Shown here: positions 28,616 through 42,696 of the stretch, one piece after another
How the letters are laid out: each line of letters opens with the position of its first letter
Numbering within the stretch: the first letter of the stretch is position 1
Source: Octopus vulgaris
Lineage: Eukaryota
Reading direction: 5' to 3'
DNA: 64,000 nt
Assembly (NCBI GenBank): GCA_951406725.2
Contig: OX597823.1
Coordinates: forward strand, 73,098,001 to 73,162,000
The notes under the pieces: model-generated
Seen by the model: only the letters and a program-made list of their open reading frames with translations
Told to the model about the DNA's origin: nothing
Database searches by the model: none
Made by a program: the position numbers and the translations under genes

Positions 28616-30154
28616 CAAAGAGAGACAGACAGACAAAGAAAGAAGGGAATGGAGAGAAAAGGGAGAAGAGTTCGAGGGCGAGAGAAAAACGTGTGAAAAT
28701 GGAGGAGAGAAATTGATTGAAAATAGAACTAATATTATCTCCATATTTGTTCATGCCTATTTCCCTGCAAATATTCATAGATATTTACATCTTATTTAGT
28801 TTTGTTATTTCCCATTTTTCTAAATAACAATGTCTTCTTTTATCTTGCTTCTTGTTTTATTCCGTGTAATGTATGAAAATATCTTTCGATTCTAGATAAT
28901 GTGTGTTCGTCGTTGTATTTGCTACCACATTTTTCTCTATTATTCAGTAATGATTATTTTCCTATTATACGTATCACTCGTTCTTTTTTCCAGACATTCT
29001 TTTTAGAGCTGTTAACTGAGATTGTGAAGGACTAGAAATTATTAAAAGGCTGTATCTCGAGAACACAGTAATGCTCAATGAAGAATACAATCTATAAGTG
29101 TAACTCAGTTTACATTTTTTTTTTATTTCACATGAGTTATCACGCTCTTAATAAAATATATGAATTTCACAATACCCTATTGATTCCCAAAACAGTAAGT
29201 TACTTGCAAAATAAGAGCTAGTTTTTTTTTTATATATATATGACGGGTTTCAAACTGTTGGTTCGTATTTCTGTAATTTTGAACTGTAGAGTATTTTTTA
29301 AAAGTGAGTTATACTTTTGATTGTTGTTCAACTGAGACTGCGCAGTGATGTACGGGCATACACACACGCGCAAGAAAAATATTGACAGCTACTATGCTTT
29401 CAATTGAAGTTCGCGTGGGCACGGTCTATCTTTTATATCTGAAATCTATCAATCGATATTTATCTTGCTACGTAGATTAGAGTGAAATAAAACCTATACT
29501 TGCTTTCCGATAACTCGAGTTCATGATTCAATTACGAATATGTATTAAAAACATGCATTCTGTTTTCGTTTTTATTACTCATACCACTAATGCTCTGGGA
29601 AGGTCATGAAGGACTTGCTCAATCTTTGTTTCTTTTTTAAATATAGAACCTCCTTATAAAAGTCACCCCAAAGTAACTTTATGCAAATGCAGAAAGTTCC
29701 AGAATTGTAGGGAATGACATATTCGTTTCAAGTGATACGCTTGCTGAAGGTACGATAATTGATTGATGAATGCCAAAGTCAACTGTCTTGAAGTTGACAT
29801 GCGGATTACACAACGAATTAAGTAAATGCTGTCAGGCATTTAGTCCAGCACCCTACTATTACTATCATGATATTTTACTGTGAGAGAAGTGATGTGGGAA
29901 AGCTTATTTCAGTGACCTCTGAATAAATTACAGTGATATACTGTAAACACATATTTGTCTTTTACACTTCACTTTATCCCTATGACTATAAAATAGTCAT
30001 AGCTGAATAATACCTCCAGGACATGATAATGTAGTTGACCGAAGTAGAAGCGGGCAGGAATACGTTTATATTTTTCTCAAGTATGTCACGCGGTTGCTGA
30101 ATCGAATTATATCCATCATAGTTCAGTATTGTTATAATATAGTTAATTTATATA

Positions 30155-30555
30155 GCGGCGAGCTAGCAGAAACGTTAGCACACCGGGCGAAATGCGCAGC
30201 CGTATTTCGTCTGCCATTAAGTTCTGGGTTCAAATTCCGCCGAGGTCGCCTTTGCCTTTCATCCTTTCGGGGTCGATTAAATAAGTACCAGTTACGCACT
30301 AGGATCGATGTAATCGACTTAATCCGTTTGTCTGTCCTTGTTTGTCCTCTCTGAGTTTTAGCCCCTTGTGGGTAGTAAAGAAATAGGTAACTTGTCTGCC
30401 TTTACGTTCTGAGTTCAAATTCGGCCGAGGTCGATTTTGTCTTTCATCCTTTCGGGGTCGATAAATTATGCAACAGTTGCGTTCTGGGGTCGATCTAATC
30501 GACTGGTCTCACCCCGCCAAATATTTTCGGACTTTGTTCCTGGAGTAGAAAAGAA
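30155..30555 (+). mobile_element. MetaSINE-like SINE dimer
   Basis: Same two-monomer arrangement as 697-1045. Confidence 0.85.
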
Positions 30556-31055
30556 TATAGTTATTTGGGTTTGTTTGTTTTTTACCTAGATCTGTCTCTC
30601 TTTCGCTCTTTCTCCCTTTCTCTTTCTCCCTTCAAATGTTAGCACCGCGCCTCGTTAAGGAAATACTTTTATTAATTTTGATTAAACACCGTGAGTTAAA
30701 TTTTAGAAAACTGTGTTGTTTCTCCATTTTAATTTTTAGGTTATCTTTAGTTACTTTAGGCGACAATCAAAGGTGGAGTTTATTTTTAGGGCCGGTCCTT
30801 TGGAAATGACACGTATCTTGTGTAGTGACCAAAATTTCAGTGTACATACATCAAAAAGTAAAGTGGGGGTAGTGTTTAGGCTACTTCACTCATCCACTAC
30901 GATCACTAGATCGTGTGTTCGATTCCTTAACTAGGCGGCGCGTTGTGTTCTTGAGCAAAGCACTTCATTTTATGCTGCTCCAACACCCCCCTCTTTCGAT
31001 CAGGGAGGGAATGTTGGGCCTGGTCGCCTAACCAACGAGGTGGCGTCTGGACGAT

Positions 31056-31098
<43 letters not shown>

Positions 31099-31144
31099 TA
31101 AATATTTTCTTTTTTATTTAGTTTTTGCTATTTTTATTCTTACT

Positions 31145-31225
31145 GTGCAACTGATGAGTACTCTTTGACAACTCAGATTCTTAAAATGAATTTATTGTCT
31201 TTCTCTACGAAATGATCGTATATCG
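31145..31225 (+). ncRNA. Degenerate hammerhead motif in a TA-flanked PLE remnant (~31100-31340)
   Basis: CTGATGA-GTA...TAC-GAAA-TGATCG-TA; stem I poorly paired. Confidence 0.4.
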
Positions 31226-31338
31226 AAATGAATAAAAAAAAATATATCTCATTCCATATTAACATCTAATCTCCTCTATTTACGAAAAATATGATTGAAT
31301 TTATCGAACCGCGTTCTATAAATTAAATCATATACTTA

Positions 31339-31372
<34 letters not shown>

Positions 31373-31814
31373 GTGCACATTTGTATGTGGAAGGATGTCA
31401 TTCAGTACACTGTACTAGATGATATAATCAGTTAGGAATGATACATCGCGACACAGATTTCAATAGCCATGTGTGTTGATAATTATCATACGGATTCAAA
31501 CACTTAACCAAATGATGGTGATCGATACGAATTGATTTTTTTCTACGAAGTTTTCAATGTTGCAATATGGATTGTTGTTAGTTATAAGTCCTAACAAATT
31601 CTTATAATTACTTAATTCCCATGGTTTAATTAAAATAACAAAGGTGACGTAAAGAAGATGTGATCAAACCTGGGAGAATTTTACAGCGTATATTATTTTA
31701 TGGGGGGAGGAAATTAATAACAACAATTGTTCAATATACGGTAGTACCTATGGAATACACTGTGAGAGTTTAATCTTGGGAAATAGTTAAGTATTAGTCT
31801 TTCAAATCTTTCAT

Positions 31815-31844
31815 TTGGTGGTGTTGCTGGTGTTGGTAGTGCTG

Positions 31845-31915
<71 letters not shown>

Positions 31916-31954
31916 GGTGGTGGTGGTGGTGGTGGTGGTGGTGGCGGTAGTAGT

Positions 31955-32035
<81 letters not shown>

Positions 32036-32036
32036 T
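31815..32036. repeat. Compound trinucleotide microsatellite (GTA/GTG/GCA)
   Basis: Direct reading. Confidence 0.95.
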
Positions 32037-33144
32037 GCTTTGAAAATTTTATTAATTTTCATTGAGTGCTCATTAGGGATATTGGGGGATATAGTTTCCA
32101 GAAGAGATTAAGTTGTGAAGAGTCACACTTAACACGATATTCTTTGTTTATTAAAATATGTTCTGTTTATGCTGTATTATAAACGATACAACTCCGAAAA
32201 ACATACAGCATCGAAACACCAGAAGCCACCAGATTGAGGCTAAAGATCAGGCACACCACTCTGGTAAGTAGTCTGCTATCCAACCATATGGTCTTTAGTT
32301 CAGTCCCACAGCATGGCACATTGGCAGCTGTACATGATGGAATATCAATGTATGATGGCTTTATCAGTTACGCAATGCTGATAGAATTATCGACATTATC
32401 TCCCGAAACGGAAAGTAAATACAGTACGTCAAATATATGTAGCTATTTTGGAAGTTAAATTTTTGCGGTAATACTTCAGCAAGATTTCTTCTCTCATAAA
32501 TAGATAAAGAAAAAATAAAAGCAGAATGCACTAAAGCTATCTAAAGGCAAATTGCATTTTAAAGAATATATTACATTCGACATCTCATTAGCATAAATAT
32601 TAATAAGCTGGCCGTTCAACTAAATGTCAGATCAGAGCTTTTCAACGTGTAAATATGCACTGAAATAGTCGTTAAATACACGATTACATGAGTAAATAAA
32701 TTAATTTTTAAGCGTTTAACAAGATCAGTCGCACTCTCTATTTCTCTCTTCGTTTTTTACTCGCGAACAGACAGGATTTATAAATCTCTGCTATTTAAGC
32801 CAACAAACCTGAGAGTAACTCACTACACAACATAAAGATAAATTCATTGATAGCTAAACATTTTAAATCGTTATTTGTATTAGTAATTTATTGAAAACAT
32901 TAAAATTTAATCATAAATAATAAACCCGCACCTTCGACATTTTTAACTAACTAGAGGAAAGCATATTACCGTGAATAATACATAATGAGTTATGTTTTTT
33001 GAAATATTTTCGCTTACAGAATTGCATATAGTTCTTCCTGATCAGTTTATTAGCGAGTATAGCAGTCTCCACACATTACCAACAGATCCCGAAATGGTCA
33101 ATATATCTCTATTTAAAATAGCAGACATGAAAATATGAGTATTG

Positions 33145-34013
33145 CTAAGAGGTCCATAGGCTGACCGAGATACTCTCATGGAATGTAACCAGATGAGGTT
33201 TATTTTTCGATGTAGTCTCAGTTGCGGTCCGCACATTTCTTCCATCGATGTAATCAGGAGAATAGGTAGGGTGATCAACCAGTTCAAGCCACAGCCACAC
33301 ACATTGTCTGCTGGAGCATTGTCCTGATGAGACAAGACACCTTACGTCAGTCTTCCAGGGCATTTGGTCTTCATAGCCTTTCATAGATGCCTCAGCCATA
33401 AACACAATGCCTTTTGCATCCCAGAAAACTGAAGCCTTCAACTTTCCTGCAGATGAAACGACCTTGGTCTTCTTTGCTGCAGGTGAGGAGATGTGTTTCC
33501 ACTGCAAAGATTGTCTCTTTGTCTTTGGCTGAAAGTGAAGAAGCCAACTAATCCTGTGGAGGGAACATTTATAGTCAGCAGCTTTCATCCATCATCATAT
33601 GGTGGACGCGTTTAATGTTTTTCCTCGCTGGTGGCAGTTGCAGGACATCAAGCCGTTGGATCGTATCGATACTCTTCCTTTCCTTCCTCGATTCAGTAGC
33701 CCACTTTTGTGCAGTTGATAAAGCTGGGACGTCATCTCCTAATGCAGCAAGAGAGTCAGCATGAATATCATTGGTGGTTAAACCTTTTTTCTGAAAGTAC
33801 ATGATAACACCACAATGCCAAATAGTGTCAGCAATCAAGAAGAGTCGCTACCAGTTACATTTGAAATCTTCTTTGGATCGGCACATATAAGTTTACCTTG
33901 AAAGAAACAATGCAGTTATTAATAGGAATATTTGAAATTAATACTTGCAAGAATTCATAGGACCAACGTAGTTCCTTCATAGTCAGGCTCTGAACTTTTT
34001 CAGCTCACCCTCG
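33145..34013 (-). mobile_element. Mariner transposon relic (irritans/Himar-like)
   Basis: ITR ACGAGGGTGAGCTGAAAAAGTTC at right end; fragments KKGLTTNDIHAD...LGDDVPALSTAQKW, SSAGKLKASVFWDAKGI, HQDNAPA, ELVDHPTYSPD. Confidence 0.88.
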
Positions 34014-34614
34014 TGATTAACCTGTTTCTCTTGTTACAGCAAAATAATATATTTGTGTGTTCGCTCTCATTTTCTTCATTTATACGTCTGCATGTACGTA
34101 TGTATACATGTCTCTTTCTCTCTCTCTCTCTCTATGTGTGTATGTGTGTGTGTTTATGTCAGCAGGAAACTATTGATTATATGCAGTGTCTCCCTGGCTG
34201 TTGAAGTTAAATCTGGCATTGATTCAAGCCGTCAGCTAAATTTACCTGTGTAAAGTGAAGGTGACGGTGTGATTACAAAACAGTTTAATATCAATGTCAT
34301 AGAAAATCAACATTACAGTGAAAGACTACGCTTCTGATATAACAACTGGCAAAACAAATCTCCATGCATAAACAGTTGGGAGTGTGTTTATGTATGTATG
34401 TGCCCTTTTACAGCAAACTCCATTTCCAATTTAGTTATCTCCGCAGTATGATATCAGGGGAGTCCAAAGTATTAGTATTACTGAGTAGAAAAAGTTATCG
34501 TAATAAATGATTTTCACAGGAATGAACTGAACAAGTGAAGCATGTAAAATATTAAATCATAGTGTTGGAGTGTCGGTAGTCCTTGGAGATTTTATATGTA
34601 TGTATATATATTTA

Positions 34615-35010
34615 TATTCTATTATTTGCTTCCGTCATTTGACGGCGGCCATGCTGGAGCACCGCCTTTAGTTAAACAAATCGACTCAAGGACTTATACT
34701 TTGTAAGCATAGTACTTATTCTATCGGTCACTTTTGCCGAACTGCTAAGTTACAGGGACGTAAACACACCAAAATCGGTTGCCAAGAGATGATGGGGGAG
34801 CAAAGACACTCAAACGTATGCATATACATACATATATATATATGTATATATGTATATATGTATGTATGTATGTATGTATATACAAGAGGCTTGTTTCAGT
34901 TTCCGTCTACCAAATCCACTCACAAGAGAAGACAGTTGCCTAAGGTACCACGCAGTGGGATTGAACCCGGAACCATGTCGTTGGGAAGCAAGTTACTTCC
35001 CACACAGCCG
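34615..35010 (-). mobile_element. tRNA/CORE-type SINE (14645 family)
   Basis: Reverse-complement similarity to the 14645 family. Confidence 0.8.
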
Positions 35011-36778
35011 GAGAACGGAGAATTTTCTACATCTATAATAGTATCCAAACATTTTATTGAACACAATTTTGTTATTTACAGCATACTTTCCAGGACCTAC
35101 GCGTGTTTTAACTGTATCGTGTGCAAACTGCTAGATATGCATTCTGGAGTCATTGTCGGTACAATTGCATCAGGTTCCATATTTACTACCGTTTCGAAGT
35201 GAAACTGAAAGAATCAATAAACTGAAAGAATAAAGTTTTTTCTCGGAGGCATGGGTGTGACTAGAAATTGCTATAGTAGCATTGACCTCGTATTCAACTC
35301 CACTAATTGTGGTAGGTAATGTGAAATATAGTTCTAAAAATAGATCATTGTTAAATTAAGAGTTTGTGCAGATTCACTGGCATTATATGAAGTTTACCAT
35401 CCCGCTTATTTCGAGGAGAATATTCTTAGTTTTAGAGGTATTCAATTAATTTTGATTTATTATTTCTTTTTTTATTTTCAGAATTGTTATTCTACTAATT
35501 TATTATTTTTCTTACTATTTTACGCGTAATGCGTTTATTTTAATTTTTTAAAAGTATATTTTTTGCACGAGACATCTTACCACATTTTTGTCTAGCGCAT
35601 ATTCAGAAGTGAAAATTTGGTACATTTCTTCAGCTCGTTACTCACATGTTTTACCTCATATACTACACAGTTCAGCTTTACTAATAATATCCAAGCCAAA
35701 TGAATATATTTTGTTACAGAAATTCAGCGATAAAATTAATTGACTTAGGCACGTATGATTTTTTTTTTTTGTGTGTTTCTCTAACTGAAAGAAGTTTCAT
35801 GGTTAGCTATTCTTTCTTTAATAAAACATGAACTGGTACTTATATAGAAATACTCTGTTTTCTGATGTAACTTTTCCCCTGTAAACCGCATTTTAAATTT
35901 TACATGCGGAGTTTAACGGATTTAGCCGTCGTCTTGCTCAATCTCAGTTTTCTCTCTTATTTCTCACTCACTCTGTATGCATATATATGTGTGTGTGCGT
36001 GCATGTGTGTTTGTGAGTGTGTGTGTGCGTGCCGAGTGAGTCGTGTAAAGAATGTGTTCATATCCGGCCGTATACCCAGAATAATAGTAGCAGCAGCTCA
36101 TCCAACAATAATGGCGACAACAATGAAAGCGGCGGCAGACACGTCAACTCTAACAACTGCGACCGCAGCACCAACACAAGCACTATGGCCGGAGATGACG
36201 GCTAAGCCAGCAGCAGCGGTACTACCAGTCCCATGCCCAGAGATAACAACACCAACGGCGGCCACAAAACCACCGGTTATAGCAGCAGCAACAGCAACAC
36301 TGCGGCTGGGGTTGACCACTAAATACAGCAACAGTTGTATCATTGCAACTACGGCATGTAATAACGGCACCGATGGCAGCGACAGCGGCTCCAATAGCAG
36401 CAGCAACAACAACAAAACCAGCAACATCAGGCCCAGGGTCAACAGAAGAAACTCCAGAGGAAATAACACAACTAGCACTCATGTTCTGGGGTATATCTGT
36501 CGGGCCGGAAGTGTCTTGAAGCGACTCCTGTTCATCCATAGGTCCTCTTTTTGGATTCCGGTAATGTGTTATATCAAATGAGACACCCCAAGAAAGAAAG
36601 AACTCCATACGAAATTAAATGGAGGTCCAAAGGGTGGTGATTACCTGTTCGTGGATTAGGACCATAAAAATTTGCAGACCGGATCGATCTAAGGTTCATA
36701 ACCCGCCTCGTTTAAGGCTAAAACAATATACAATATTATTTTGTTTACAAATTATCTGACCGTAACGGTTTCCATCGC

Positions 36779-37726
36779 TGAAGTGGAGTGTATGTTAAGC
36801 TAATTGTTCAAGGCACGATGCTTATCGTAATCATTTGTAAGAGTAAAAAGTATGTTTCTGCCAGTGCTTACATTTATAGGATTTCTCTATGAGTGTGTTT
36901 ACAAGGGGAACCTTAGAGAAGAGGATATGGAAGAGCTCAGAGTTGCAAATGTTACAAAAACTCCTGACCTTATCAAAAGGAAAGGATACAGACAGTATGA
37001 ACCAATCTAACTGGAAATCTATATTGTTGTCTTTGAGACGCCAAACTAATTTACTTAGTCCTGTACTATGTCGTATTTTACTATCCCTGAATGTTGAATA
37101 ATGGTTTGAAATTCTCTTGGATAACTGGGAAGAGGACGCTCCTATATAGAAGAAAACATATGTATCCTTTCCTTTTGATAAGGGCAGGAGTTTTTGTAAC
37201 ATTTGCAACTCTGAGCTCTTCCATATCCTCTTCTCTAAGGTTCCCCTTGTAAACACACTCATAGAGAAATCCTATAAATGTAAGCACTGGCAGAAACATA
37301 CATTTTACTCTTACAAATGATTACGATAGGCATCGTGCTTTGAACAATTAGCTTAACATACACTCCACTTCAATAGTGAAATTCTTTCCTAAGCCTTTGA
37401 ACATTCTTAATCAACATACCCTTCCCTTTCCACTGGTTCCCTACCTATCATTCCTTTAACCCTTCTATTCCTACTATCTAACCTTGACGTCAAATCTAAC
37501 GGTTTTTTAAAAAAATCACTTATTGATGTTTTGTTTACCATGTAGGCAGTCATCGAAATTTTTGTTTGCCTTATTGCCGAGAGAGGCTCCCTTTCTTTCC
37601 TGATGAGAAGATTGCATCATACACCCTTTTTTCCTTTAGAATGAAACCATGTGGTCTTCGAAACATATGTCGAGAGTAAAGGAATTTTGTTAACATCTTC
37701 GTTCGACTCCATTCTTTCATTTATTC

Positions 37727-37727
<1 letters not shown>
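36779..37727. mobile_element. PLE fold-back insertion (GIY-YIG C-terminus on minus strand, complete pLTR on plus strand)
   Basis: Arms 36779-36989 and 37161-37372 are inverted; minus-strand translation FYIGASSSQLSKRISNHYSTFRD...STGLSKLVWRLKD...FCNICNSE...CKHWQK; ends at (TA)n. Confidence 0.88.
37591..37682 (+). ncRNA. Canonical type I hammerhead ribozyme (PLE pLTR)
   Basis: Stem I CTTTC/GAGAG, CTGATGA (37600-37606), stem II GAAGA/TCTTC, GAAAC-ATAT-GTC; predicted cleavage after 37671. Confidence 0.85.
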
Positions 37728-37801
<74 letters not shown>

Positions 37802-37804
37802 TGT

Positions 37805-38115
37805 ACAGGGTGCGGTGAATAAACTTGCGTCTAAATTATGCAAGAACGAAAATAACACTGACATTTCATTTTAACAGATACATTTACCAAAATTACATAA
37901 AAATATCATAGAATACTAGAGAATAAATATTTTCAATAAAATTACCATTGGTTATAACCACAGCATCCAGAGTATTTCGAAATTGCGTCATCGTACTGTT
38001 TTAGACGGTACCCGGGTAACCCTACTATAATTTGTAGTCGACAAAATCAAAACCAAACAAAGGGTATGCACGAAATTAGGATTATAAAATGGCGACAATT
38101 TACGCATCTCAGCCT
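37805..38115. mobile_element. Possible diverged Tc1/mariner MITE
   Basis: TA-CAGGGTGCG start; weak inverted similarity at the right end. Confidence 0.35.
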
Positions 38116-38574
38116 ATATATATATATATGTGTATGTATATATATATATATATATATATATCTGTATGTATGTATATATATATACAAACACACACATACA
38201 TACATTTATATATATATGTGTGTGTGTATACATACCATATGTATATGTGTGTGTTGGGGTAAATGTGTAAACACACACAGGGAGAGAAAAAGTAGGGTAT
38301 ATAGATGTAATAATTCACTATGATAATTCTAGATGACCCTTCGATGCGAACAAAATCTGTATTTCTCGTAAGGTATCTGATTGGATTTAAGTCCGCTAAT
38401 CTTTTGTTATGCACTCACACACACATATTCATTTGTATGTATGCGTATATATACACAGACATAAACAGAATAGAAATTTAATATCTTATCATTTCATTAT
38501 ATTATATTATATTATCTATTATCTTACATTATATTATTATAAGATTGTAAATAAAAACTGAAAATTCTTTGAGA

Positions 38575-38647
<73 letters not shown>

Positions 38648-38664
38648 TGTATATATGTATGTCT

Positions 38665-38715
<51 letters not shown>

Positions 38716-38987
38716 CGTTCATACATACATACATGCATAACTTATATATACATACATAACTTACAAACATTCATACAAACACGCTTTCAGCACCTACGAA
38801 CAACTTGACAAATTAATTCTTTGATAATGTAAATATCGTAAGTGAGAACTACGATGACAGATGATATATTTAAACCGTCAAACATATCGCATATAGCGCT
38901 CCGTCAAATACAGAAAAAATGTTTAACCCATTGATACCTTTGCACTTATATATACATATATACATACACACACATACACACACACAC

Positions 38988-39043
<56 letters not shown>

Positions 39044-39044
<1 letters not shown>

Positions 39045-39694
39045 GATGGGCTACATGGTATAAAAGATGGGCTACATGGTATAAAAGATGGGCTACATGG
39101 TATAAAAGATGGGCTACATGGTATAAAAGATGGGCAACATGGTATAAAAGATGGGCTACATGGTATAAAAGATGGGCTACATGGTATAAAAGATGGGCTA
39201 CATGGTATAAAAGATGGGCTACATGGTATAAAAGATGGGCTACAGCAAATATTCTGCTCAATACCACAGATTTGCTTGTCAATTGTTTGACCTTAACCAG
39301 TTGAGCATGTCCCTTAGTGGCTGACGATATGTGCATCTCTGATCACGAGCAGAAGTAGTGGGGGAGCATCATAGCCATGTGTTGAGAGGGATTCTTTGGG
39401 GTTTGAATAGTTCACCTCTGGAAACATGGGTGGTTCTTTCAACATCCTTAAACAGCCCTTATTCAGGGACCGTTTGAGCGGGATGGGCTACTCAACCTGA
39501 AGAAAATTCTAACTGGGCCCCACCTGCAAGGTCATGTGCTGTTTATCTTGATATGAGATCACCATGTCGCGCACATATGGTTGTGATGTATGTGCCTGGT
39601 GTACCTTTATCAGACGGGTAGTCATGATGGGTATATTGGGCTTCGTATATTTTACCCCAGTGTCACTTTGATGGCATGAACTGCTCTCTCACTC
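39044..39694 (+). mobile_element. Non-coding (TAA)n-inserted retroposon with a 21-bp tandem array at its 5' end
   Basis: Flanked by (TAA)n; ends CTGCTCTCTCACTC-AATAAT; other copies at 45082-45610 (-), 44364-44460 (-), 50005-50076 (+). Confidence 0.75.
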
Positions 39695-39726
39695 AATAAT
39701 AATAATAATAAATGGAAAATTCAAAT

Positions 39727-39771
39727 TGTAGCAGAGATACCCGGCATTGCTCAGGGTTAAAATGGCATCAT

Positions 39772-39811
<40 letters not shown>

Positions 39812-41000
39812 CAGTTATGTTGTAACTGATGATGCAGCATTGACGATATAAAATTTGTGGGGTAGATGATTAGCTAATTCGACTAAGTGACATTCCATGC
39901 TTCCGTTTGGTGTACTCCAGGCCCTAACCTGCCATAGAAAATTAGCGGTGGGGGTTATGTGATTTTTGAACGCACCAGAAATCAGTGAATATACTCTTCT
40001 TTTCGGCAGTTGGCGCTGCGTCTAACATGAACCACCATCTGAAGTTTTGTCACCTCCTTCAGGTTTGTTGTCCTACATCACTCATAAAGTAAATTTGGAA
40101 GAACTGTGGTTGTTCATTTGTGGGTAACGGGGGACCAATGAGAAGATAGACGTGTCCTTGAACTTTGAACGTTGGCGTAAGTCCCTGTTTAACTATCTTC
40201 TTAGAGGCACCAAATGATATCATTTGAAATGCTGAGTTGCAGTGTCTGATATTGTGCAGAAATCCTTTGACTGGATGGAAGTGCCTTCCAGAAATCCATA
40301 AGACGTTGAAGAGGAACTGGTAGTGTTAGCAATCTTACCTGACCCCCTGAGCAGCACATGCCATTAGTTTCATATCGAAATTTTAAAGCTTTCCAGAAAC
40401 GACAATTTGTGTTTATAAAAATGGGATGGATCATATCTGAAAGCGGCTGCAGGAGTTGTGAGGAACGAATTTGTACGTAGTCTGTTTCTGAGAGCTATTC
40501 TATTGGACTTCTGTTTAATCATTTAAACGTTGTTTTAATGATCCAGTATTAAGTACTGCGGCATGCATTTGCTGATCTCGGGAAAGTTTCATCTCCCTTC
40601 TCTCTTGAGACTCCGTCAGACGTGCTGCAGCACGCCTTTCGTGATCCTGAGAAAGTCTCATGTCGCTTCTGTCTCGAGACTCCAATTGAAGTACTGCAGC
40701 ATGCATTTGCTGATCTTGGAAAAGTATCATCTCCCCTCTATATTGAGACCGCATCTGATTTGCTGCAGCATGGCTTTTCTGGTATTGAGAAAGTCAAATT
40801 CTTGTTTCTGTCTTGAGACGCCATTTGATGTACAGCAGCATGGCTTTGCTGATCTTTAGAAAGTCTCAACTCGTTTCTGACTTGCTCCACGTGACGTGCT
40901 ACAGTCTTATCTGCCTTCTCTCTTGAGACTCTCACCTTAGGTTTTCTACAATCCTCCTTGCTTTATATTTTTTTCTGCAGAGATTATGTCCTTTCTTTGG
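39727..41000 (-). mobile_element. Helitron relic (N-terminal E/R repeats, Zn finger, Rep N-region; 3' hairpin)
   Basis: ESQERREMKLSRDQQMHAA repeats; CRFWKALKFRYETNGMCCSGGQVRL; NIRHCNSAFQMISFG...PTFKVQGHVY; 3' end CCTGAGCAATGCCGGG...CTAC. Confidence 0.8.
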
Positions 41001-42294
41001 TGACATTTTTTTCTCTATATTGTAAACAAAAAAATAAATAACATAGAAAAAACATTATACATTAATCTCTACTTTTGTAAGCAGTTGTATGTAGTATGTC
41101 TGTATTTTTGTATGCAACAAAAATGAACCAATTAGAAGTAAATTAACCAAATAGGAGCACATGTATTAACTGATACTTTAACGGTAAGTGCCACTATAAT
41201 TATTATAAAGAAATTTGTTAATACATATATATATTAAATACATGTATTAAATGTTAATTTAAGGATAAATATGTAAATGTAAATACCTTGCAAACTTGCC
41301 ACAATTATTAACTGGTAATTGAACGGTAATTATGTATTTTTATATACCTTGCACCTGCTATCTCACTGATTTTTGTCAAGAGTTTCACCTCCGGGCGTTC
41401 GTTATGTCAGTCAACACATAAACTGACATACCATTACGCTGTGGTGACTGTAAAGACGGAACGTTGATGAGGCGTAATGTTGTTCACATTGGGATGTCAA
41501 TTATTTATTTCAAGTATAATAGAAATAAGATGATCTTAGTCTTGTCACATTAGAATTAAAAGTGAAAGAATGAAAGTGAAAAGATACTATAGCCTTATCG
41601 CATTAGAAAAGTGGAAGAATATATGTGAAACTATTATATCACAATTACATATTTACCCTTAAATTAACATTTAATACGTGTTTGATATATATGTATTAAG
41701 AAATTAATTTATAATAAATATTGTAGCATTTACCCTTAAATACATGTGCTTCTGTTTGGTTAATTTCTTCAGCATAAAAATATACAGACATACTTCATAC
41801 ATACAACTGCTTACAAAAATAGAGATTAATATATATTTTTCTATGTTCATATAGATGTTGTTCTTTCACATGTGACACGTAATATCGTAATCCCGAATCA
41901 GAGCCTATATTATATTGTTTAATCCAAATGAAAAAAATTACATGTTGACACTCACGGGGTCAGATAATATTACCTTGTAAAATTTGATTTGATTTGGTCG
42001 AGATGTTTTAGAATGCATAGATAACAGACAGACGAAGGATTTTGTTAGGGGATTTTTCCTTGTGTTGTATGTCATGTACTCTATTTTTTCGTTGTTTAAG
42101 AAAAATGTCCATTTCCTTGGTTTTGTGTTTATGTTTTCGTTTCTCATTGTGTTCGACGTTTTTTTTTTTTTTGGTGTCCTGTACCCATATATGCATGTAT
42201 ATATACATATAGATGTAGGTACGTACATATATGTATATACATATGCATATGTTTTATTTATTAATTTGTTATATATATATATATATATATACTC

Positions 42295-42696
42295 TTTACT
42301 CTTTTACTCTTTTACTTGTTTCAGTCATTTGACTGTGACCATGCTGGAGCACCTCATTTAGTCGAGCAAATCGACTCCAGGACTTATTCTTTCTAAGCCT
42401 AGTACTTATTCAATCGGTCTTTTTTGCCGAACCGCTAGCTTATGGGGACGTAAACACACCAGCATCAGTTGTCAAGCGATTTTAGGGGGACAAACAAAGA
42501 CACACAAATACACACACACATATATATATATACGACGGGCTTCTTTCAGTTTCCCTCTATCAAATCCACTCACAAGGCTTTGGTCGGCTCGAGACTATAG
42601 TAGAAGTCACTTGCCCAATATGTCACCCAGTGGGACTGAACCTGGAACAAAGTGGTTCGTAAGCAAGCTACTTCCCACGCAGCCACTCCTACGCCT
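42295..42696 (-). mobile_element. tRNA/CORE-type SINE (14645 family)
   Basis: Full-length reverse-complement copy. Confidence 0.85.

Noticed and set aside
39044-39245. CRISPR-like array or DGLHGIK repeat protein
   Set aside because: Head-to-tail repeats with no spacers and no cas genes; eukaryotic retroposon context
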